DNA of 63,723 bases, filler included, from Chrysochromulina tobinii (taxonomy: Eukaryota): assembly GCA_001275005.1 (NCBI GenBank). It is 8 parts of 8 records of this genome, joined end to end, with 100 filler letters (N's around TTAATTAATTAA, not from the genome) between each part and the next. Parts side by side here need not be neighbours in the genome. Positions count along the whole stretch, not along the records: positions 20,877 to 30,034 come from JWZX01000177.1; positions 30,135 to 45,724 come from JWZX01000178.1; 6 more parts are not named here. The stretch is one strand, 5' to 3'. Shown in pieces: positions 22,169 through 33,925 of the stretch. Below the pieces are notes generated by a model. That model saw only the letters and a program-made list of their open reading frames with translations. It did no database searches and was not told the origin of the DNA. Position 1 is the stretch's first letter. Every line of letters starts with the position of its first letter. The translations under genes and the position numbers were made by a program.

Positions 22169-23508
22169 GAGTGCTGCTGGCGGCGGGAGTCGCGGAGGCT
22201 TGAATGCGAGAGTTTCCCCCGTCAGTCCGCTGGCGTACGCTTCTCGGCGTTCGATCGGGGCGCACGGGGGAGAAGAGGTCGCTCAATGCCTCGAGGGCCG
22301 ATCGGTTACGCTTCGTTGCGGACGGCGGCAGCGCTGGAGACGCGGCTGGAAGCACGGGAGGCGGCACGGGCGGCGGCACCGGCGTTGAGGTGGGATCGAG
22401 GATGGCAACGACCGCAGCATGGCCCTTTTGCCTTGCTTCGTCAAGCGCCGTCTTGCCGACTTTGCAACGGATCGACCTGTCGGCGCCGGCGTCGAGCAAT
22501 CTCCGCACAATCTCGGGATGATTCATCCGGGCTGCGAGGTGGAGTGCCGTCCTCCCAACGACATTCGTCGCGTCCACAAGCGCCCTGGCCTCGAGGAGAG
22601 TCTCGGCGCATGCAAGGTGCCCTCCGGCGGCCATGAGCGCTGTGTCCTCATACCACTGCGAGCACCCACGCGGCACGCGAGAAGAGATGGCATACCGCCG
22701 TCAGCATCCGCCGTCAGCATCCTAGGGGCTGCATTGCTATATTAGGGTATCGGAGGGGTCGCAGGAGAAGGGCGTGGGGGCGAGGGGGCGGCGAGGGGTC
22801 GTGCCCCTGGTGGCGGCGGGGGCAGGCGCGGCAGGCAGCAGCGAGCGCACGTAAGGATTCTTCCAGTTGACGTCGCCACCATCGGCGATCAGTTTCCGGA
22901 GCTCGTCGTTGTTACCGTCACTTGCGGCGTCCCACACCGCAGGGGCCTCGAGCAACGCGACGACCGCCGCGTGCCGCTTCTCCCGTGCAATGTCGAGAGC
23001 CGACTTGCCTAATTTGTCTCTCGCAGTCCGGTTGGCACCGGAGGCGAGCAGCCGCCTCACGACGTCAGGATGGTTGTTGATCGCTGACCAGTGGAGGGCG
23101 GTGTACCCAACGTTCTGACGAGCGCGACGAGCGTGCAGCGAATGAGGGGGAAGGAAGCGGAGGGAGGGACGCAGCATGAGCAGCGGCAGAGCTCCGGGGT
23201 CTCACGTTCGTAGCATCCACTTGCGCGCGGGAGCCGAGCAGCGTCTCGACGCAGGGCAGGTGGCCGTTGACAGCGGCGGACATGAGCGGCGTCTGCCCGT
23301 AGGACTGCAGTCACCCACACAGCACAAGGAGGATGGCGGCAGACAAGGCGTGGCGTCAGCAGCATAGGCGCACAGAAGGGCGGCGAGGGGGCGCCGGCGG
23401 GCGGCGGCGCACCCCCTTGTGCTCGATGTCACCACCAGCGGCGATCAACCTTATCAGCGCGTCATTGTCCCCGCGCATTGCGGCGAACCATACTTTCGAC
23501 GCCATCAT
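21987..23508 (-). CDS. Ankyrin-repeat protein with two duplicated ankyrin modules, 4 exons
   Basis: MMASKVWFAAMRGDND../GQTPLMSAAVNGH../GYTALHWSAINNHPDVVRRLLASGA..GKSALDIA../TALMAAGGH..GRTALHLAARMNHPEIVRRLLDAGAD, separated by GT-AG introns. Confidence 0.8.
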
Positions 23509-23801
23509 TGAGGCTACACGGCTTCATGTTTTTTTGAATGCAAACAGAGAAGGAAGGACAAATGACCGGAACGGCGCCCTGTTAGGTCGAAGTGTGAGCG
23601 GCTCCTGTTGCCTTCAGATTGCTACCTGATTATTCATACGTCCACATTGCGGACTCAGTGCGGAAAAAATTTAACCGCCACGGAGATCGCCGGTGAACGA
23701 CGTTCGCGGGAGGTGCTGCAGGGTTCTCCTGCAGGCTGCACGCCGGGGCTGATCGCCGCTGACTGTGACCGCGCTTCTCTCCAAGGAGCGCTTCGGCGGC
23801 T

Positions 23802-26800
23802 ATGGGCCCATGGGTCGTGCTCGTACTGCTGCTGCTGCCCACCTTCGCCATGGCGGCCGTCGTCCAGAAAGTCGCTGGTCCTGACCAGTCGGAAGTCTCT
23901 CACGCCTCGTCGGGCGGGGGGGCCCACATCTACTTGTCTGGCGTTGATATTGGCTCCGCGTTCGCGCCGCCAAAAGTATTCATCGGCATCAACGCCGATG
24001 CCGAGTGCAAGGTGCAGCCCTTCACCTCTAGCCGCAACCGGCTGCACTGCATCGTGAGCCCAGAGAACCTGCCAGCGCCCAACCCGGACTACTATCCCAA
24101 CGGGCTCGATCTCAATTTCGGCGGAGGGGGGCATGGGCGCTCCGGGAGAACGCGCGATCCGCTTTTCGTTCGAGAGCCGCTGCGGGTGCTCAAGGAGGGC
24201 CGCCTCGCGCCGTGCTGGCACGTGGGTGGCCTGAACCACAACTGCATGATCGAGTTTGACGTCGCCGCAACGCCGCGCGTCTACCGCATGCTTACTACGT
24301 TGGTCGAGTCCGGTGGCCATGTGCGTGTCGTGGGCCGCGGCATCGATGGCGGTGTGACCGGCGATCCCAAGGTGATGGCAACGCTCTACCGCGGTCACAA
24401 CATGGCCACCGGCTCGTGCGGCCAGAAGGACTGCCAAGCTTCAAACATGGGCATGGAGACAGTGGGCTGCATCACGCGCCTCGGCGGCGAGGAAGGCGAT
24501 AGCGTGCTCGGTCAAAAAACGGCCGTGGCGACCGCGTACTCGAGCGACAACTCCTTTGGCTGCAAGCTTGGTGCGCTCGAACCGGGTCTGACCGCGGGCT
24601 TCTTCAACCTGTCGCTGTACCTCAACGACGCCAAGCACCGCGGGAATGCGTACCTGGGCTTCATGAGCACGGGGGCGATCGACCTCTCAACTGGGTCGCC
24701 CTTTGATGCGGAGCTGTTACCTCGGATCAGCGAGATCGTACCAAGTGAAGGCTCGTTGGCGGGCGGCACGGACCTGACCATCTTTGGAACGGGCTTTGGC
24801 GCCGACACGACCGCGCTCCGCATCCTGGTTGGCAGCGCCTCGTGCGCCGTGACTTCGGTCACGAAAGCGGCAATCCAATGCCGCATGGAGGAGCTCAGCA
24901 ATGGTCTCGACCAGCCGCCCGTGGCTATCGGCTCGGCGAGGTCGAGCCCGGGCGAGCGCGGCGTTCGTTGGCAGTTGGCCGACGGCAAGATCATGCTCCT
25001 CCCCTCCTTTGCCACTGATTTCGGTTGGGTCCCCGGACAGCTGAATTCGCAGGGCAGCGTGATTAGTCCGGACTGGACGGGGGCAAATGCCGCCGGCACC
25101 ACCACGTTCGTCGACGGGTGGTTTGAGGCGCCCGTTGACGGCGACGTGACGTTCATGCTCCGGCAGGACGTGGTGAGCAAGCTTTACTGGAGCGGCAGCG
25201 CGGCGGCGAGCCGCACCACGATGCTTGCAAACGTCGCGAGCGTCATGCAGCCGCCCGTCCTAGTGGAGAGGTGGAACAACGTCTGTGCGCCTGCGTTCCC
25301 CGCATCCCCATGCAGAAGGGACGTGTGGAAAGACGGCCTCGCCCCTGCACATCCCAACGGCCCTCGAATCCTATCGTCCTCGCATCCTAACGGCCTCGCC
25401 CCCAACACAACCTCGTACGCCTGGACGGTCCGTTCAAACTCGAACGCTCAACAGGCAAGGTTTACTTGCCCCGCCACCTGTGACTCGTGTACCCCCGCCT
25501 GGTGTACCTTCGACTACGCCCTGCGCTACACGGGCCAGTTCCAGGCGCCCAAGACAGGCACATACAACTTTAAAGTCCGATGTGGTCCGCATGTACGCGC
25601 GCGCTTCTTCATCAATGGCGTGCTCCTCGTCGAGTGTCTTCAGGTCACCGCCCCCGTGGGCTACCAAGGGGAGAATGCCGAATGCTCGGACGGCGCGTGC
25701 AATGACGGTGCCGCCAATTCGGGCACCACGAGTTGGGCCGATCGTTTCAACGCTGACATCTCTTTGATCGGTGGGCAGTGGTACAATTTCGAGCTGCAAC
25801 ATCAGGCGGCGGTGGCCCTTCCGGCAGGCCCTGCCCATGGAAGGGCAGGAGTTCAGTGGCGGACTCCCGGCGATTGTGTTACGCATTCAGGTGAGCTCCA
25901 CTGTGAGGACGTCCATCTCTTTGCTAATGGGTGGAGGGACTTCTCTCCGACGCCGCGCGTGTGGCCGTCGCTCGAGTCGACAAGCAGCGCTGTCTCGCCG
26001 CGGGTTACGCTCGTGCGCGGGCAGCGCTACTGGCTGGGGCTCGAGTGCAACCACAGTGCGACCACAGTGCAACTCGTGCCGGGCTCAAGTGACCCGAGAG
26101 GTGTACTAACCACGGAGATGCGACCCTGTGCCGTTGGAGCTCGCATACACACAACGCGCCTGCCGGTGGACTCGTCGATCGAACGGCGGCGGCTTGCTTC
26201 GCGCACTCGAGCCAAGACCGTCAATCCTACTAGTTGGCCTTGGCCTATTTTGAGAACTTCCAATGATGCGCAGTGCAACACCATTCTAAACCATGAGCGT
26301 TGCTGCGCCAGCTTCGACCTCTGGGGCGACCCCTGCGTACCAGCCATCGAAACTTTTGGCTACGGCCGTGTCTGCATGAACGCGCAATGGGTCGCCGAGT
26401 TCGAGCCCACGAAGCAAGCCGCCTGTCCGCCACGACGTGATCCCGCCACGAAGCTCGCGCGCGCTCGTGCGAAGCTCGGGCACATGGTTGGCTGCCACAC
26501 CCTCACCGATCGCGTGGCGTGCTCGAGTGCCGTCGATGGCCGCACGCAGGCCACGCACCTCAACCAGCCGTGCATCGCCGCCTCCACCAGGTTTGCCAAC
26601 GGTAACGTGTGCGAGACGGCGTGGTACGTCAAGAATTTAGACCCGACGGGCGCCGCCTCGCTCGTCGAGGCCGTCTCGCCGTACATGCAAGTGGCCTCGG
26701 GGCAAGAGCTCCTGCATCACGAGGTGCAGTCCATCACTCTGACGCAGGCCAACGCCACCAAGATGGAGCAGACCATCACCTTCACGTTCATCGAATGCAC

Positions 26801-29800
26801 GGGCAACTACACGGACAGCAACTGCATCGGCACGCGCGGAGGCTTCGTGCATCTCGCGCTCGGCGATCGCCTCTCGCTGCCCATCCACATCGCTTCGCCA
26901 ATCGACAGTTACGACTTCCGGCCGGCTGCCATGCAGCCCCTGCTCGGCGACACGTATAGCGGAGTGGCCATCAAGTCCGTCGACGTGCAGCACACAAATG
27001 TGACGTGGGTGCTTGAGCTCACGACCTCGTGGGCCTCGTGCACGAACCAGCTAAACCTGCCGCTCCTGTCCACCGTCCGGGAGGCAAAGGCGACAGCGAA
27101 TGTCACCGTCACCCGTACGGCCTCGTGCCTCTCAGGCGGCATCGACCTGGCCTACGGCAACGGCAGTACCACCGCCTTCTTGCCCTGGTCAGCCAATGAG
27201 TCGACAGCCACGGCCATCATCGCCTCACTTCTGCCCAACTCGTTTTCGATCGATCGAACCGACAATGTCGATCTAGTTGAATCCTCGTCGTCGACGCTCG
27301 ATTGGTCGTCGGTGCGATCGGACAGAGTCATGGTGCAACGCAGCGGCGATGGCCACACCTCGGCCTTGTTCACCGTCACCTTCCTCGGCGTCGGCACCAA
27401 GGAGATGCTCAGAGTGTCCTCTGCCGGCGGCCTCCAAAAGAGCACGTTCTCGAGCCTCTCCCCGCCCACTCTCGCGCTCACCTCCAGGGACGTCAGCGTC
27501 GCGGTCACACGCCTGATGCCAGGTGGTGTGGACCTGACTCCACTGCCAGGCCGCTACCTGAGCGCCGCGGCGAACTCCACGGTGGTGAGCGTGCGTATCA
27601 ACCCGCAGACGACTGCCGCGTGCTCGGCCACCAACTGGGAGGTGCAGTACATGGGCTGCTATACCCTACGGCAACTACCTACGGCGGCGTCATCACACTT
27701 TTGGGGGACCGACAGGTCCACGGAACTCGTAGGCGCCCCGCTCCCGACCTGGGAACGCAACAACCGAGGCGTTAGCCCACAACGCTGCTTCCTCAAATGC
27801 CAATCTCAGCACGGAAGCAGTGCCGTCGCTTTTGGCTTGCATAAGCCTTCGATCCGTAACGATATGGGACGCTGCCGCTGCTACACGAGCGAGCCCTCTA
27901 ATGGCACAGTCGCTCCACACAACTGCAAAGATACCTGCAACGACGAAGGCTTCCTTTGCGGCAGGTCTGATGATGAAATCACTGGCAATGGGGTCACTGG
28001 TTCTGGAATCCGACCTGCGAGCACAAGTTTTCCGGCGCCTCTCTGCTCAAATACTTGCAATTGGGCGTCCGACGGCGATTGTGACGATGGCGGCCCCGGC
28101 TCGGAAACTAGTTCCTGCACGTTGGGCGACGATTGCGCCGACTGCGGGCCGGCAACGGATACACTGATCTCAGTCTACCGCATGCCCGCGCCAGCCACCA
28201 GCTGTAGCTTTACGGCCCTTTCCTCGCGCACGGCGACGCTGATCGCTTCGTCTGCGACGGCTCTTGCTGCGAATGCGACGCTCACGCTCACGGGAAACGG
28301 CTTTGGCAAGACCGGTGCGACGGTCACCGTCTGTGGCGGGCGCACATGCGCGGTGGCGTCGCAGACGAACACGCAAATCACGTGCAGGATGCCAGATTGC
28401 CCCGTCGAGACGACGGAGAAGATTTTCGTCCACATCGCGCCCTATGGCTACGCATCGAATGCCAACAGCCTGAGCGTCAAGGGCGTTCTCTCGCTCGCTG
28501 GCGTGGCGCTCCGAGGCGGCACGACCAGCGGTACGCCCTCTGGCAGTGCGGCGGGTGGCGTGCGCCTCATGCTCACGGGCACGGGCTTCAGCTCCGACAT
28601 CACCAAGATGCAGGTGGACATCATGTCCAGCGCCACGGTACTCGCCCCATGCACGGTCACCTACAGCACCATGGGCAGTATCGAGTGCCTCACCTCCGCC
28701 GCGGCCGCGCCGCTGGCCGCCGCGGGCTCCACTCTGGACGTGCGCGTCTCAGCTCTGGGCGCCAGCAATAGCGTGCTCTCGACAAGCATCAAGCCGCAGT
28801 CGTACAGCCTGTACTCGGTCGCCAACTCGGTGGTCATTCAGTCCTTTCCTTACTCGTCGGGCTCGACGCAGGGTGGCCTTGAGCTTTGCATCGTCGCCAC
28901 CAACCTCAACAGCTACTTGGGTGCGCCCACTAGCGCGCTGAATGCGACGCAGCCCGCACCCACTGTCCTTCTTGGCACGGCACGGTGCGTCACCACCAAC
29001 GCATCATGGACCTCCACGCAGCTTTGCTGCACCACTTCCGCCCAACCGTCGGGTCAGGTGCCCATCACCTTCGACGTACCCTCCTTTGGGTATGCGCTGA
29101 GCGCCACCGGGGTGACAACGACGTTCACCTATTCGAGCGCTCCGCACCTATACAGCGTAGCCCCTGCCTTTGGGCGGGCGGGCACGCTCGTCGATGTCGA
29201 GATGAGCGTCGTTCATGACGTGATCCCGCAGGTGTTCCTCGGCAGCGCACCATGTCGCCATCGTGGCAACTACACGACAACATACACGGCGCACGCGAGC
29301 GAAGCCATGCATGTGCTGTGCGAGGCCACGGAATCGCCACCGGGCAACGTGACCGTCTCGGTGCTCGTGCCTGGCGCCGGTCTAGCCAAAGACGTTACGA
29401 ACAACATGACGTTCCTCTATCGGATCAGCATCACTGGAGTGTCGCCTGCCTCGGGCTCAGCGGGCGGTGGCACCCTTTTGACCATCACCGGCACGGGCTT
29501 TGATTACCTGGGCGATCCGCCACAGGCCGTGGGGAACGGCGGCTTCCTTGGAAGCGGCGGTTCGTGCACCACGCCTGGTGCCAACGTGGGCGCCTGTGCG
29601 GGCTCAGATGCGCAGACAGAGGCTTCCGCCATCAACCATCTGATCAGAATTGGTAGCGTGCCGTGCCTCGTCCAATCTCGCAACGCCACCAGGCTCACGT
29701 GCGTCACCGGCCCTGTCGTACCAGCGACAACCGGCTTGCAGGACTGGATCGATTCGTTCTATCCTAGGCCTCCCTCTCCGCCGCCGCCATCGCCTCCTCC

Positions 29801-30034
29801 ATCGCCACCGCCCTCGCCGCCACCATTTCCGCCGCCGCCAAGCCCGCCGCCGCGCGCGCCGCCATCGCCGCCACTGCGGCCCTCGCCGCTGCGTCCGCCG
29901 CCATACCCGTCGCCCTTCCCTCCACCATTCCGTCCGCCGTCTCCCTCCCCTCCGCCGCCCTCTCCCTCCCCGCCGCCGCCAAGCCTGCCGCCTTCGCCGT
30001 TTCAGCCAGAGCCGCCCGAGCCGCCGCCATTTCC
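23802..30034 (+). CDS. Giant secreted/surface protein with IPT/TIG, PA14, WSC-like and Cys-rich modules (fibrocystin-L/PKHD1L1-like), 3'-partial
   Basis: Signal peptide; IPT motifs (PSEGSLAGGTDLTIFGTGF, SPASGSAGGGTLLTITGTGF); PA14 (YTGQFQAPKTGTYNF); WSC-like (YMGCY..CFLKC..CRC); CSNTC..SDGDCDDGGPG..C.LG.DC.DCG; SPPP linker running into the gap. Confidence 0.8.
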
Positions 30035-30134
30035 NNNNNNNNNNNNNNNNNNNNNNNNNNNNNNNNNNNNNNNNNNNNTTAATTAATTAANNNNNNNNNN
30101 NNNNNNNNNNNNNNNNNNNNNNNNNNNNNNNNNN
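30035..30134. other. Artificial contig linker
   Basis: N44-TTAATTAATTAA-N44. Confidence 0.99.
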
Positions 30135-31636
30135 GCAGCAGCGGCGGCGGCGGCGGCCCTCTGACTCGCGAGATGCGAAACTTCATCCGCGGCGCCATCG
30201 GACCCATGCTCAAGGCGGCGATGTCGCAGTTGCTGCTCACACACCCCGCCGACCCGACCGCCTTTCTAGCCGACTGGTTCTGGCAGCATTCGACCGCTTG
30301 CGAGTACGCAAACGAGGGCACGTTCACGACGCGTGACATTGAGCTGCGCCGACGCACGATCGTCCTTCTCAAGGCGGACCTGCGCGCGACGAACCGCGCG
30401 ATCTCGACGAATCTCGCGCCCGAGGAGCAGGTGGTCGACGCGTCGGCGATGCTGCGGAGGGCCCTCGAGAATCTCCCACAGCACGAGATCGTCTTCGAGC
30501 CGTTGGGCGAGCTCGGCGACGCCGAGCCTTCGCGCGCGTGGCGCGTCGTCGCGAGCGAGCGGCCGCACGTTGACGCGTCGTCGCGAGCGGACGCCGGCAA
30601 CGCGCAGCTCCTCGACGCGGTGGCGAAGGTGCTCCGATTATACCCTCGCACCCTGCTCCAGGTGCATGTGGTGCCGCCGCACGCGACACGCCTGCCGCGC
30701 CAGCTCGCCCTGGCCTTGTCTTGCCTTGCCATGCGCCTCCCGCCCGACGAGGGCGTCAGTCCAGGCGAGGGTGTGAACGGCGCTGAGGGTGTGAACGGCG
30801 TTGAGGGTGTGAACGGCGCTGAGGGTGTGAACGGCGCTGAGGGTGTGAACGGCGCTGATGTCATGCAAGAGGGGTTGACGCGCCTTGCACGCCGGAGGGC
30901 CGAGGCGATCGTGAGCGCGCTCATTCTGAGGCGCGTGCCGGCCCAACGGCTCGTGGGCACAGCGCCAAACGCCGACCTCGGCATGCAATCCTCCGGCATG
31001 TTCACAGTGCATCCGCTGCCCGATGCTGTGGTGGTCGACGAACAGGAAGGCACCTATACGTACGAGGGTGGCAGCAGGGATCCGTCGCAGGAGGGGCCGT
31101 GGGAGGTGACGCCCGGCGTGGGGCGCGCGGTGAGCACGCGCACCGACGACGAGGCTCTCATGCTGCTGCGGCAGCGGCGCGAGGCCGCCCGGGACAACGC
31201 GCGGGCCGAGCTCGAGGAGCTCCACGCGTACTCTGGCCGGCTTCCCGCGCTTGCGCTGGCCGGAGGGCCGGTGACCTTCATTGTCTCCGTGCATAACGTG
31301 AGGCTCCACCTGGTGTCGCTGAGCGCGACGACCGGGCTGGCTGCCGAGCCTCTCGTGGCGATCGCCTTCGGCACGGAGCGCGTCGACGAGCGCGTGGCCG
31401 CATTCGAGGCGGGAGATCTCGCCATCGATGAGCTCGATCTCGAGATCTGGGAAGCAAGCCACGCGGTCTCCCCGCCGATGGCCTCACGGCTGGTCGGCGC
31501 GACGACGGTCAGCGTGGCCAAGCTACTCACGGGCGAGCTGCGCGAGATTGCGGCGGTGCTGCCCGTGCTAGATGTGTCCGGCAGCGTCGTGGGCGACGTG
31601 CGCTTCGCCATCCAGACTAGGGGGGTGGCTAGCTGA
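30135..31636 (+). CDS. Probably 5'-partial protein with Dpy-30/RIIa-like docking motif, degenerate OmpA-like domain and C-terminal C2-like domain
   Basis: IGPMLKAAMSQLLLTHPADPTAFLADWF; LLDAVAKVLRLYP..LARRRAEAIVSALILRRVPAQRL; LDLEIWE..LVGATTVSVAKLL..VGDVRFAI. Confidence 0.55.
30767..30859 (+). repeat. 18-bp coding minisatellite x5 (GAGGGTGTGAACGGCGCT; EGVNGA)
   Basis: Five tandem copies read directly. Confidence 0.9.
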
Positions 31637-31782
31637 CCCCTTACATTTCACAGGAGGGAACACGTACAAGTATTCACACTTCTCTGTTTCACTGTTAACA
31701 AGTAAGCCCAGTATTCACACTTTCTGCGGACGTGGGAGCGCGCTCGGGAACTCTCTCTCGCGGGCGTCGGGCCGCGCGCAGC

Positions 31783-32743
31783 ATGAGCGATGATACCAAG
31801 GAGCTGAACAACTTCGTGTTGATGGCCAAAACTACCAAGGGATTAGCTTGCGCCGCCCTCATTAAGCAGGTCCTCGACCACCCCTCGATCTACGTCTTTG
31901 GTGAGCTTCTCGACATGCCTAACGTCGCAGAGGTGCGCGCACACACGCGGGTGCTGAACTCGCGCTCCTGAGCTGCCGCGTTTAGCACCGTGCTCCTGAG
32001 CTGACGCGCGTCACTACCCGCGCCCACTCTTGCAACAGCTTGCGGGCACATCGGCGTCGCCAACATTTGAGCTTCTCCGGCTCTTTGCCTTTGGCACGTG
32101 GAGCGACTACAAGTCCTCTGACGTGCTCAAGGCGCAGCCACTCAGCGAGGCGCAGGCGACGAAGCTAAAGAAGCTCACCATCGTGTCGCTCGCATCGCAG
32201 AGTAAGACGCTCGCGTACGACGTGCTCATGCGTGAGCTTGAGATGAGCTCCGTGCGCGAGGTTGAGGACTTGCTCATCGAGTGCATCTACGGAGGTCTGC
32301 TGCAGGGGCGGCTCGACCAGGCAGCCGGCCAGCTCGACGTCTTTTCGTGCAGCGCGCGCGACGTCAACCCCAAGGAACTCGCATCGATGAGCGAGTCGCT
32401 GCTGCAGGTGCGCCCCGGCAGCGGCTGCCCCGTTTGCGCACCGGACCCTACTCACCGCTGTGTCGCCCCCGCGCCACACTCGCAGTGGCATGGTGGTGCC
32501 GTGCAGCTGATGGCCTCCGTCTCCGAGGAGCTCGGCCGCTTCAAGCAGCATCAGGAGGATGCGCGCACGTGGCAGGAGGACCTCGACGCCAAAGTGTCGG
32601 CCGTCAAGGTGACGCTGCGCTCTTCACAGGATGCTGGCGACGGCACCTTTGGTGCCTCGGAGCTATCGAGCATGGAGTACGATGATGATAAGATGCGTAA
32701 GAGCGGTCGCTTCAAGGCGCGTGGCAAGCAGAGCGCTCGCTGA
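31783..32743 (+). CDS. COPS7: COP9 signalosome subunit 7; exons 31783-31932, 32039-32407, 32486-32743
   Basis: [74 protein letters not shown] (PCI domain). Confidence 0.92.
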
Positions 32744-33925
32744 AGAGTGTTCGTGGACAGCCTAGAGGAACATGTGCGGGCGATACCCGATACGATGGCG
32801 TCCGCGGCGTGCCCACGCACAGCCGAGGACCGGCCCGAGACGTTACCCGTTCCCCTCACAGGCTAGACTACACACTGAGTGTCGAGTATAGAGCGGGTCC
32901 GCGCAGCGCGCGGCGCCAGGATTTCCGACGGAAAAAAATGGCTTCCGGGCTCACGACAATGTCAGACGCACATAACGCGCCTACGCGCGGATCGGGCCGC
33001 GGCCGTTCGCGGCGCGTTCGGGGTCCTCGGCCGCTCGGCCGGGCCGTCGCCGCTGCTCCTCGTCCTCCCGCGCCCGGTTGCGCGCCGCGGGTCCGACACG
33101 ACACCCGCCACGGACCTCGCTTATCGCCATGGGCCGGCCCCCGGCGGCTGGCGGGGGCGGTCCGGCGCGGCCTAGGCGCTCCCTACGTCCCTAGGCGCGG
33201 CCGGGTCCCGGCCGCCGGCGCGCGCCGCGCGCCCCGCCGCCGGGCGGTCACACTGACACTCTCGACGGGTTCGACCACGGACGGGACGCGGCCGCGACCC
33301 ACGACCGCGCTCCGCGGGCACGCGCGGGGCACCCCGACGCGCGACGCGGCTCGCACGGGCCGATCTTTATCCGGGATCTTACAGCGTTACGGCTTACGCC
33401 ACTTTCCGCCTCGTCGCGACGTCGGGTTCCGCGCCCCGATCGTTTGCTTTTCAGAGTAGAATGATCTAGATGCCGGTGACGCCGGTCGATACGTCGATAT
33501 CAAAGCGTTTCGCATATGAATCCCCGCGGCCCGGACGAAGGAAAACCCTAAACCGCCGCCGAGGAAGCGCACTACCACGCGCGCAAGCGCAACGTCCAAC
33601 CGGCCACCGCGACGCGATAACCTATACGGACCTCCGACGTAGCAAGCCTGGAGAGATGGCGCCAATGCAACTCTGTACCTCAGTACCCCCCCCCCCGTCT
33701 GCGAAGACAAGCTCCTCACGCGTCACGGAGTCGCCCACTCGATCATGGGAACATGGCCACACAACATGCATAGAGCTCTAGTTGCATGGCTACAACATGG
33801 CGTGCATCCGCCCGTCGCCCTCGCGCCGCGGTGGGCGCGATAGTCATCGTCGTCCTCCTCCTCCTCGTTGCGAGACGTCCGATCGTCCATGCAGGCACAC
33901 GCCGGCGTCGTCTCGGGCGACGCGC

